Assembly: GCA_030265395.1 (NCBI GenBank)
Contig: JARFYF010000017.1
Coordinates: 18,776,473-18,840,472 of the forward strand
Length of the DNA: 64,000 bases
From: Rhina ancylostomus
Lineage: Eukaryota
Reading direction: 5' to 3'
The notes under the pieces are model-generated. The model worked only from the letters and a program-made list of their open reading frames with translations. It searched no databases and was not told the DNA's origin. A program made the position numbers and the translations under genes. Shown here piece by piece: positions 25,370 through 34,632 of this stretch. Position 1 is the stretch's first letter. Every line of letters begins with the position of its first letter.

Positions 25370-26075
25370 GCAATAGACTGTAGATGCTGGAACTCTGAAG
25401 CAACACACAATGGAGCTGGAGGATTTTTTTTATTGTAGACAGACATGTTGGTGTGGGAATGAGAAGTGGAATTAAAATGGCTGTCCACTGGGAGACAGAG
25501 CGAAGGTGCTCGACGAAGTGATTCCCCAATCTGCCTCGAGTCTCCCAGATGTATTTTTTTTACTAACATGGACAGACATGTTGGTGTGGGACTGGGAAGT
25601 GGAATTAAAGTAGTTTTAAGTGGCCCTTTGTAAACTTCNNNNNNNNNNNNNNNNNNNNNNNNNNNNNNNNNNNNNNNNNNNNNNNNNNNNNNNNNNNNNN
25701 NNNNNNNNNNNNNNNNNNNNNNNNNNNNNNNNNNNNNNAGTCTCCCAGATGTATTTTTTTTACTAACATGGACAGACATGTTGGTGTGGGAATGGGAAGT
25801 GGAATTAAAGTAGTTTTAAGTGGCCCTTTGTAAACTTCAGAGTAGGAAGAGATGCCACCTCCTGCAGCCCTTGAGGACACTAGTCTTGTTTTTGCAGTAA
25901 CATGCACTACCATATCATACCACTCCACACCATCTTTACTTCCTTGTGCAAGCATCATTCAAGGAGAAAATTGTACTCTGTTTCTTTGTCCAGATGATGG
26001 GTTTCGACCAGAAACGTCGACNNNNNNNNNNGCGTTGCTCCACATTCCAGTGTCTGCAGTTTACTGTGTACTCCC
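25370..26075. mobile_element. Penelope-like composite: minus-strand tail and GIY-YIG fragments on the left, plus-strand hammerhead and tail on the right
   Basis: Minus 25553-25494 = YIWETRGRLGNHFVEHLRSV, then HFNSTSHSHTNMSV (PLE GIY-YIG C-terminal half). Left end agactgtagatgctggaa is inverted relative to ttccagtgtctgcagt at ~26045-26060. Confidence 0.8.
25988..26021 (+). ncRNA. Minimal type I hammerhead ribozyme motif with a core substitution (CAGAUGA)
   Basis: gtc-CAGATGA-tgggtttcgacca-GAAA-cg-TC-gac: stem I gtc/gac, stem II ggt-ttcg-acc, palindromic ACGU stem III, GUC triplet. U4>A probably inactivates it; runs into an N gap. Confidence 0.7.
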
Positions 26076-26139
26076 TTTGTTCACATTTTCAGTTCAGAGG
26101 TGAGTAGGTCAGATGGTTAGCGTTAAGTGCTTTACTTGG

Positions 26140-26335
26140 ATGAATGCTGACATTTCTGGCAGAAATACTCAGCAGGTCAGGTAGCATATGTGGAGCAAGA
26201 AACGATGTTTCAGGATGGTGACCTTACAGAGGTGATCAACCTCACGAAAGACCATCGCACTGAAATGTTATCTGTTTCTCGGTGCAGCCTGACCTACTGA
26301 GGTTTTACACAATGATTTCAGATTTCTTGCATCCA
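26140..26335. mobile_element. ~200-bp quasi-palindromic non-autonomous element made of two inverted PLE termini
   Basis: Left arm ctcagcaggtcaggtagca..gaaac..tgtttcagg..gacctt; right arm gaaagaccatcgcactgaaatgtta.ctgtttctc..gcctgacctactgag..atttcagatttc. Confidence 0.65.
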
Positions 26336-26596
26336 TAGTATATTTATGTACAGGTTGAGTGTTTCAACTGAGTAGTTACATTTTATCTTTAGAAGCCCTT
26401 TGTGGTGATTAGTTGCATATGCACTAAAGCAAACAGAAAGCAATCGGCATTTGAACTCCATTTTCTGAAGGCTGTATTAGTACGTAGAAATTTAAGGCAC
26501 AGTAAGAAGCCAGTCAGTCCCTTATGTCCTTGCTATCTGAGGTAGGGCTAGACCCGACATTCCCTGCAGTGTCTACCTTAAATTCATACATTCCCG

Positions 26597-26792
26597 GTAG
26601 CTGTTTACTGATTATTTTGTATACTTCAGTGGACAGCTTCTGTTTACTGGCATTGTGCCCAAACAACCATCTTTATTTCAGAGCCTTTTCATTCAGTGGG
26701 CTATTCAGACATGTAATAGTATCCAAGGTCCAGGTCTGATTCCCTTCCTCGGTCCTTATCCATATGATTGGGCTCCTGTTGTGGGGGTGGGT
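26597..26792 (+). repeat. Copy 2 of the ~190-bp direct repeat
   Basis: Collinear block matches to 24910-25096. Confidence 0.75.
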
Positions 26793-27009
26793 GTGCTGAT
26801 CAGCTGTACATCACCAACATGTTGGCAGCTTCATTGCTATGAAGCAACATTAAAAAGAATCAATATAGAGTACAGCTTTGATTTTCTTTCCCATTTCCTA
26901 TTTTCTGTACTTTAGCATTAAAAGCAGACCTATGAATACAGTACTGTATTTTGCGATGTGTTAGGAAAACACATGGTTCTGTCTATTTACAGTTGAATAA
27001 AGAATTAAT

Positions 27010-27150
27010 GGAAATGATAGACTGACTCAGCACAGAGGGAAGCCATTTAGCCCATTGTTCCTGTAACAGCTTTTTGATAGAACCATCTGATTAATCCACT
27101 TCAATGGTCTTTTTCCATGGCCCTGTGAATGTGGTCCTTTCAAATACTTA
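27010..27150 (-). mobile_element. CR1 3' terminal fragment
   Basis: cagcacagaggggaagccatttagcccattg is the reverse CR1 tail; resembles 690-790. Confidence 0.6.
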
Positions 27151-27194
27151 ACCAAAGGGATTCAAATCTCTAAGCAAAAAATAAAACCCCTCTT

Positions 27195-27810
27195 ATTTTT
27201 ATCATCTTCACCCCTTCTCAAAAAAACTTTAATATTCACCCGCTAATCCTAGCAAGCAACTACCCGATAACTGTTTCCCCTCAAATTCTTGAATTTGTTG
27301 TAACCTACCATCTCCATGACTGTCTTTCCCACAATTCCATAACTAATCCTCTGCAATCAGGTTTCCAACCCCACTGAAGCAATCAAAAAGGTCCATCACA
27401 TGTGACCATAACCATGGTGTAATTTTCTTCCTCCTCCTTCTCGATGGACCTCAGCCTCTGACATGGTTGACTACATATTCTGCTCTAACACCTCTCCTCT
27501 GTTATCCAGTTGGATCATCTGTCCTTCCATTCATTTTTATTGAATCATAGCCAGAGAATCTCTTGCAATGGCCAGTCTTCCTACTCCCACACTGTTGCTT
27601 CAGGAGTACTCTGATGACCTCTCTTCAGACCATTGTATTTCTCATCTACCTGCTATCCCTCAGTGATATCATCCAAGAACTTAACACTAGATTTCATGTT
27701 TACACTGGAAACACACAGTTTATCCCAGCACCACCTCTCTTGAATCACACACTTGGATCTGATTTGTCACAATGTTTGTCTGACATCAAATACTGGATGC
27801 TTGCAGCAGC
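27195..27810 (+). mobile_element. L2 LINE RT remnant
   Basis: Motifs across frames: PLLKK, PLQSGF, LLLLD..., DMVD, FHVYTGNTQF (cf. FHxYADDTQL), CLSDIKYWM. Confidence 0.75.
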
Positions 27811-27924
27811 CTGGGTCCTACTCTCTGCAAATTCAACCCTAAATCTCACTATACTACTCTCTCAATTATAATAACAATGTGTATATATATAGTGCCTTAA
27901 GTGCGGCAAAATATCTCTATCCGA

Positions 27925-28925
27925 TGACAACTGGAGTACCACAGGGATCAATGCTTGGGCCCCAGTTATCCTCAATCTATATCGGTAATTGGCTAAGGAG
28001 ACCAATGTAACATTTTGAAGTTTGCTGATGACATGATACTGAGTGGGAATATGAATAATGGTGATGTTGTAAAGAGGCTTTAAGAGGATATGGATTAGCC
28101 AACTGAGTGGGCAACAACAAAGTAGAAGGTGTACAATATGGAAATATGTGGGACAATCCACTTTGATTATAAAAACAGAAATGATGAATATTTTTAAATG
28201 CTGATATACGGGGAAATTTTGGTGTTCAAAGGAACCTTTTACACAAGTCACTGAAAAATAACACAGTGTTCCAGGCAGTTAGGAAGGTAAATAGTAGGTT
28301 GGCCTTTATTTGGTATAAGCGTAAAGGTGCCTTATTACAATTGTCATTGATGAGATCATGCTGGAATATTGTGTACAATGTTGGTACCTTTACCTGAAAA
28401 AAGATATACTTGTTGTAGAGGGAGTCTACGGAAGATTCACTTGACTGATTTCTAGGATAGAGGGTTCGTCATATGAAAAGCAGTTGAGTAGGGTGGGCCA
28501 TTATTGTCTGTAGTTCAGAACAATGAGAGGTGTCTTCATTCAAACGTGCAAAATTCGTAGTGGATATGACAGGGTAGATTCAGCAAGGATGATTTTTTTC
28601 TTTATGAAGAGTTTTGAACTTGGGATTGCACTCTCAAAATAGGGGGTAGGTCATTTAAGGCTGAAATGAAGAGTAACTTCCTCACACATTAGATGGTGAA
28701 TCCTTGGAATGCTCTCCCTCAGAGGGCCGTGGAGGGTCAGTTATTGACTGCAGTCAGAAGACAGATTGATAAAGTTTGGGATATTAAAGGAATCAAGGAG
28801 TGTACATTAGGGATAGAGGAGAAAAATAGAATTTGTGGTAGAAAATCAACCGTGATCTTGTTGAATGGTCCAACAGACTCAGGGCCAAATGGACTACTCT
28901 GCTCTCATTTATGTTATGTTATTCT
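27925..28925 (+). mobile_element. CR1 LINE RT C-terminal part plus 3' tail
   Basis: GVPQGSMLGP, KFADD, LEYCVQCW, VNPWNALPQRAVE; tail gggccaaatggactactctgctc...tatgttatgtt. Confidence 0.9.
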
Positions 28926-29394
28926 GTTCCACAGGATTATTAAACAAAATCTGACTCTGCGCTGCACATGGAGACATGAGGATGTGTCCCCCAGTTTCCT
29001 TAATTTTATTCAGGAAAAGAAACAATATATCTCTATCAAGGAACAGGCAATGATGCTTTGAATTGAAATTTTGCTGGTACTTCCATCTTGAGTATGAGGA
29101 AAGGTACTTCTAGCTATTTAAAACTACACTGAGATCACATAACTTGCCACAGGAAGATGTTCTTATGGAAACAACACAGATAACAGAAGGAACATCTATG
29201 CAACAACATTACATCACCCATGTTTTTGATGGCATTGAATTTCAGATGAATTAACCACTGGGGTTCTTCTCACTATTCCAGGTGACCGATATAATTACAG
29301 GAAGACATCTTTGCTCTTGTGCTGAAGTCCTTTTGCGTAAACATATCACTTACCTTTCTCATTGCTTGCTGTAAGTGCACATTAATTTTCAATG

Positions 29395-29550
29395 ATTTGT
29401 GTACTAGGACACACGAGTCCCAATCTCTCACCATTTAAAAAATACTCTGCTTTTCTATTTTTTCTATTAATAAGCATGGCCTCACATTTCCCCACACTAC
29501 TTGCCNNNNNNNNNNATGTCCTCAGTCTGTCAGTATCTCACCAAAGCTTA
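29395..29550 (-). mobile_element. CR1 fragment
   Basis: tctctcaccatttaaaaaatactctgcttttct..cctcacatttcccc is the reverse of GKCEA...KAEYFLNGER. Confidence 0.6.
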
Positions 29551-29599
29551 TAGACCATCAGCCTATTCACTGAGCTTGCATATTTCCCCATGAAGCCAA

Positions 29600-29755
29600 A
29601 GTGTCCTCCCCACAGCTCAGACATCCACCCACCTTTTGCCTCCAGCTATCACCTCCCAGCCTCTGTTGCTATTTCCTTTTGCCCCTCCTCTTTCCCCTCA
29701 CCTCTTTATTATGGTTACCTTCCCTCTATCTTTCAGTTCAGATGAAGGGTCTTGA
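29600..29755 (+). mobile_element. PLE pyrimidine-rich 3' UTR ending in a truncated hammerhead half (cagtt-CAGATGA-agggtcttga)
   Basis: Similar to 63670-63850 (ctatcacct..cagc..., then cagt..gatgaagggtct). Confidence 0.7.
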
Positions 29756-30664
29756 ATCAATGGAATTTAGAATCAATGGAATAATGGGTGTAGCTGCACT
29801 GCCATCTCTGTGAAAACATTAGGGTAAAAGTCAGCAGGTCCCAGGCACTTGAAGGATTTTAGTTTCATTAATTTCTTTCATACTTTTTTAGAATTAATGC
29901 TAAACCCTAATTAGGCTGATTTAGGAGTCCAGTTTTCAAAAGAAGATTCTATAATGCAGTTAATGAATAAACAATACACTAGAACATTGGCGAGTGTCAT
30001 CAGTAATGGTAACAATAATGTTCATTTACATGGGACCTGAATGCAGTGAATAAAAATTGCAGTTTCACAGAGTACTGAGAAACAGATGGAGGTATTTGAA
30101 AAGATGGGCTGCTTAGGTGTATGTTTGAAAGAGTGTCTTATTGGATGGGAAACAAGAGCAAGTGTGGTGCCATGGCAGCTGAAGGCTTATATTCTTGCCC
30201 ATTCTTTTCCCCAGTAGATTTGTATGAAGGAGAAACCTGGTGCAGGAAAGGACAAAGCACTGCCTGGAAGGAAGAGAATAAGAGTTAGCCGACAGTTCAC
30301 TGGGATGTGGCTTGGACTTGCATAATAGAGCTCAAATTAGTTCCAGCAGTGGCATGCACGACTTATAATCCAATGCTGACAAATCGATAGCGGTAGATAA
30401 AAGGTGTATGAAAGCGTGTAAAATATGAAGGGAATTAAACTGACCTCATAATTCTCAAGTCAGTTGCATCTGAGTTACATCTTCCATTTTCACTACTTCT
30501 CATATGTATTTCAATTTCTCTCACAAAACCAAGTAATGTCTTTGTTTAAATAATGATTTATGAAGTTATTTTTAGAAAAAGAGTTATTAAATTTATCTTC
30601 TGCAACATCAGCAGCTGTTTCCATTTATAAAGCATCTTTAACATGGTAACAACCTCCAAATCTG

Positions 30665-30835
30665 TTTCACGTAAATAGAATTAGATGCAGAGCCAAGGAA
30701 GGAGTTATTGGAGCTGATGACCAAAAGCCTCGTCAGACTGGTGAGGTTTGTAGACAGCAGTAGAGGAGGAGTAAAAGCTGAGCCAACATAGGGAGGGAAA
30801 GGAATGGCTACCAGGAAAGGGACTTTCCGAATTAT
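30665..30835 (-). mobile_element. L2 LINE 3' region, decayed
   Basis: gagccaaggaaggagttattggagctgatgaccaaaagcctcgtcaga...ggtttg...ggaggag resembles the reverse of the elasmobranch L2 3' end as I recall it. Confidence 0.5.
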
Positions 30836-31871
30836 CTCTCTGACAGTAGGAGTAATTTGAACTCTTCCTACTGTGTGGTGTCGAAGTAGCAGAGTTAAAA
30901 TAATAGAGGGCATTCCTGCTATTGCACTTTATACCATACACCATCACCAGCTTTGTTTTTAGGTGTATACGGTGGCCTATTGAAACAGACAAGACCCTTC
31001 TGATTAGAACTCTGATGAAATTTTAAAATGCCAAACTTGAAATCCCAGCTAGTGCAAAACCTGCTGAACCTGCTGGATTGTATTTTTAAAGGCACGGTGG
31101 AAGCAATATTTATGAGGACACCTTCAGCAGATTTGGATATTGCTTATCTGTTTGCTGCTGTGTTTATTGCAAGAAAATTAGCCTTATATTTTCTAACTTA
31201 TTCAATATACTTATTCATCTTCAATAAGCACACAGTTTTTGATGGGGCATGAATTCTACTTTGATTTAGTTGCACAAGGTAAAGGGTGAACTGCAATAGC
31301 TTCATTATGGCTCAAGGAGTAGTACCAAGACTTCAAAAGGAGACTGAAGTCAGGTCTGCTTGCCCTCACTCTGGTATCACCATCAAGTTCATAACCTACC
31401 ATTGTACATCATTATAACCTATTGTATATGGCAACAGGTCATAGAAAGCGCAGGCCCAGGACTGGTTTGATTTACCTCTAACCATTTAAATCATCCAGAA
31501 CTCCCACTGGATTAACAGTCTTTATTTTCTTTGTTTCTCCCACCATTCTGAAATAAAGACATTGAAACTGCAGAAGCGAAGAAATGACTGCACACTCCAA
31601 GCTAGGGTGCAGAGTGCAATTTTTTTTTCATTTTTTTATTTACTCATTTTCGTGGATCAGGGTATTGCTGACAAGGCCACCATTTAAATGCCCTTGAAAA
31701 GGTGGTGGTGAACCACTTTCTTCAACCATTGCGGTGTTGATGGGTAATGTTTTCAAGGATTTAGACCCAATGATGGTGAAGGACTGGCTATATATCTCCA
31801 GAATGGGTGCTGTGTGACATTGAGGGGAAACTGCAGGTGATGATGTTCCCATGTGCCTGTTGTCCTTATAA

Positions 31872-32153
31872 GGTAAGATCTCTTTATTAGTCACATGTAC
31901 ATCGAAGCTCACAGTGAAATGCATCTTTGCGTAGAATGTTCTGGGCACAGCCCGCAAGCGTCGCCACGCTTCTGGCGCCAACATATCATGCCCACAACTT
32001 CCTAACCCATACGTCTTTGGAACCGGAGCCACCGAAGGAAACCCACGCAGACACATGGGGAGAACATAGAAACTCCTTACAGACAGCAGTGGAAATTGAA
32101 CCGAGGTCACTGGCACTGTAATAGCATTATGCCAACTGCGGCACTACCGTGCC
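31872..32153 (-). mobile_element. Near full-length, relatively young tRNA-derived V-SINE
   Basis: Minus strand begins ggcacggtagtgccgcagttggc (A box), ggttcaatttcc (B box), V-domain gtaaggagtttctatgttctcccc..tgcgtgggtttcc, and ends catgtgactaataaagagatctta. CpGs retained. Confidence 0.9.
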
Positions 32154-32169
32154 TAACTGTGCCCTTGAC

Positions 32170-32543
32170 CTGTGCTGATCCCTGCCTGGTTTCTGACCCC
32201 GACCCACTGAGCAAACACTTGACGGACCCTCACTCTGCTCTCAGACTCCACACCGATCAGAACAGGCATTGACCCACCCGTGTGTGCCTCAGCCCTTCAC
32301 GGGGCCACTTGCTCTGCCTCTGGAGTTGGGCATAAGTGGTGTTGAGACTTCACTTTCCACACTGACCTCGGCAGCCAGCTCAGAAACCATTAAACCAGAG
32401 TGGAAGCAGATCATCCCTGGCTCCAAGGAACCACCTAACAAGAAGGAGAAACAGTTTAAACTCACTAGGTTCCCTCCTGTCCCCAAAGAATAGAGACCAC
32501 CGTGAGCTCGTCTTGTCCATCAGTCTCCAGAAAGACCCACAGG
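32170..32543 (+). other. GC-rich unique segment inside the insertion, with an acceptor-like site and an open frame to a stop at 32493
   Basis: ctcactctgctctcag|act (acceptor ending 32244), then TPHRSEQ...IKPEWKQIIPGSKEPPNKKEKQFKLTRFPPVPKE*. Protein not recognised. Confidence 0.3.
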
Positions 32544-32673
32544 NNNNNNNNNNNNNNNNNNNNNNNNNNNNNNNNNNNNNNNNNNNNNNNNNNNNNNNNN
32601 NNNNNNNNNNNNNNNNNNNNNNNNNNNNNNNNNNNNNNNNNNNNNNNNNNNNNNNNNNNNNNNNNNNNNNNNN

Positions 32674-32927
32674 GACCACAAGAAACTGCAGAGAGTTGTG
32701 GACACAGCCCAGAGCATCACGGAAACCAGCTTCCCCTCCATGGACTCCGTCTTTACCTCTTGCTGCCTTGGTGAAGCAGCCAGCGTAATCAAAGACCCCA
32801 CCCACCCAGGTGATTCTCTCTTCTCTCCTCTCATCTTCCATCAGGTAGAAGATACAGGAGCCGGAGGGCACTGTATCTTCTGCCTGACAGGCTCAAGGAC
32901 AGCTTCTATCCCACTGTGATAAGACTT
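32674..32927 (+). mobile_element. Rex1/Babar LINE C-terminal fragment
   Basis: KKLQRVVDTAQSITETSFPSMDSVFTSCCLGEAASVIKDPTHPGDSLFSPL...RLKDSFYPTVIRLL. Confidence 0.9.
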
Positions 32928-33446
32928 CTTGGTGGTAGAGCTGAAGGTTTGGGAGATGCTGTCAGCATAACCTGGAATACAATGCATTTTGTAGATGGTA
33001 CTTACTGCAGCCACTGGTTGTGGGTGGTGGATGGAATGAATGTTTAGGGTGTTGATGGGTATCAATCAAGTGAGCTACCTTGTCCTGGATGGTCTTGAAC
33101 TTCATGAGTTATTGGCACTACACTCATCCAGGTTAGTTGAAGAGTATTTTATCATGTCCTGAATTGTACCTTGCAGCTATGGTACTTATGTGCAGGTGAG
33201 TTTCTGGTCACAGGATACTGACAGTGGGGTCTTGGCAATGATAATGTCAGTGAAAGTCAGGGGTGGGTGCTTGGACCCTCTTCTTGTATACAGTCATTGC
33301 TTGGCATTTTGATGGAGTAAAGACACCCAGTAATAGAACACCACTTAGGTCGATAGTTATCCCATTCAGACCAATGTATTACAGCTTTTAGCTGGTTCTC
33401 CAAAATATGCTCAATCTCCATGCATGCTGCAATTTATTTTCAATGC

Positions 33447-33785
33447 TCAAGACAAGAGGGCATAGCTTTAAGGTTATGGGTGGGAAGTTCAGGGGAGATG
33501 TCAGAGGGAGGTTTTTCACCCAGAGAGTGGTTGGTGCATGGNNNNNNNNNNNNNNNNNNNNNNNNNNNNNNNNNNNNNNNNNNNNNNNNNNNNNNNNNNN
33601 NNNNNNNNNNNNNNNNNNNNNNNNNNNNNNNNNNNNNNNNNATTGTTGGATAGGCATATGGAGGAATGTGGGATAGAGGGATCTGCGGGAGGAATGGGTT
33701 AGATGGTGTGAGGTGTGGTTTGATGGGCAGCACAACATGGTGGACTGAAGGGCCTGTATTGTGCTGTATTGTTCTATGGTTCTAT
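33447..33785 (+). mobile_element. CR1 LINE 3' end
   Basis: TRGHSFKVMGGKFRGDVRGRFFTQRVVGAW; tail aagggcctgtattgtgctgtattgttctatggttcta. Confidence 0.9.
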
Positions 33786-33789
33786 TCAA

Positions 33790-34020
33790 ATTTGGCCAAT
33801 TAAATATTGTGGAATTTAAAAATCTAGTTTTCATAATGATGACAATGAAACTACTGGATTGCCATAAAAAGCCATTTATTCGCTAATGAGAGGGAATTAT
33901 ATGTTTTTACCTGGAATGGCTAATGAGTGATCCTGGCACAGCAGCAATGTGGCCAACTTTTAACTAACTTCTCCAATGGTTCAGCAACCTCTCAGTTCAA
34001 AGGCAATTAGAGATGTGTCA
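33790..34020 (+). mobile_element. SINE body/3' part sharing its tail with the L2-like LINE family
   Basis: aatgatgacaatgaaactactggattg...ttacctgg...cagcaatgtgg...ctcagttcaaaggcaattagagatg; the tail matches gggaattagggatggg of 15895-16075. Confidence 0.6.
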
Positions 34021-34369
34021 TTGGTACTGGTGTCACTGGTGTGAATGATAACTGTCCTCTGAATTTCCTTCTGTGTATTGAGATCCTGTTGGAAGCTATT
34101 AGCTTTTACTCCATATTTATCTAGTTGGGGTTTATGTCTTTATTTCCAGCAAATGCCAAGGCCAATATTATTATGGTCCATTTAAGGGGTACATTCTCAC
34201 TTTCGCCCACAGCAGAAAATTCTGATAACCCCAATCCTGCAAACAGATGGGGTGGTCCTCAGTCACACCATTGGGAGCATCATGTTAATGCAATTAAATG
34301 GATAAAATCCACAGGCCTTTACAAATAGTGTCATAGCCCATTGGGTTCATAAGGAATCCAGCAGATCGA

Positions 34370-34632
34370 TTCCGTCGGTCCCATTCCCCATCCCCTTTCG
34401 ACCCTGCAACTCACATGCCCATCAACTCTTTGGTTCTCTTCCGCTTTGAGTATACAAAGGAGCAAGTTATGGTGGCTAATTAACCTCCCAGCATGTCTTT
34501 AGAATGTGGGAGAAACCTGCACAGTTACAGGAAGAACATGCAAACTTCACACAGACAGCACCCAATGTCAGAATTGAACCCATGTTCCTGGCACTGTGAT
34601 ACAACAGCACTAACTGCTGTAGCGACCTGCCC
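34370..34632 (-). mobile_element. HE1-like V-SINE
   Basis: catgtctttagaatgtgggagaaac..gaagaacatgcaaacttcacacagacagcaccc..aattgaaccc is the reverse of the V-domain and B box. Confidence 0.8.

Larger units (their letters stand above)
31625..33310 (-). mobile_element. L2/CR1-superfamily LINE split by a ~1.06-kb insertion (host parts ~31625-31867 and ~32927-33310)
   Basis: Left part reads ILEIYSQSFTIIGSKSLKTLP; right part NIHSIHH..VAAVSTIYKMHC. The two parts join collinearly with the copy at 3680-4080. Confidence 0.8.

Noticed and set aside
26935-26950. Palindrome aatacagtactgtatt (core also at 35171-35182) as miR-101 or a Tc1/mariner footprint
   Set aside because: Only the first ~11 nt match miR-101 and there is no precursor hairpin; the footprint idea cannot be tested without an empty-site ortholog.
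32070-32153. tRNA-like A/B boxes (also ~17082, ~34570-34632, ~60820-60891)
   Set aside because: They are SINE heads followed by V-domains and LINE-like tails, not tRNA genes.
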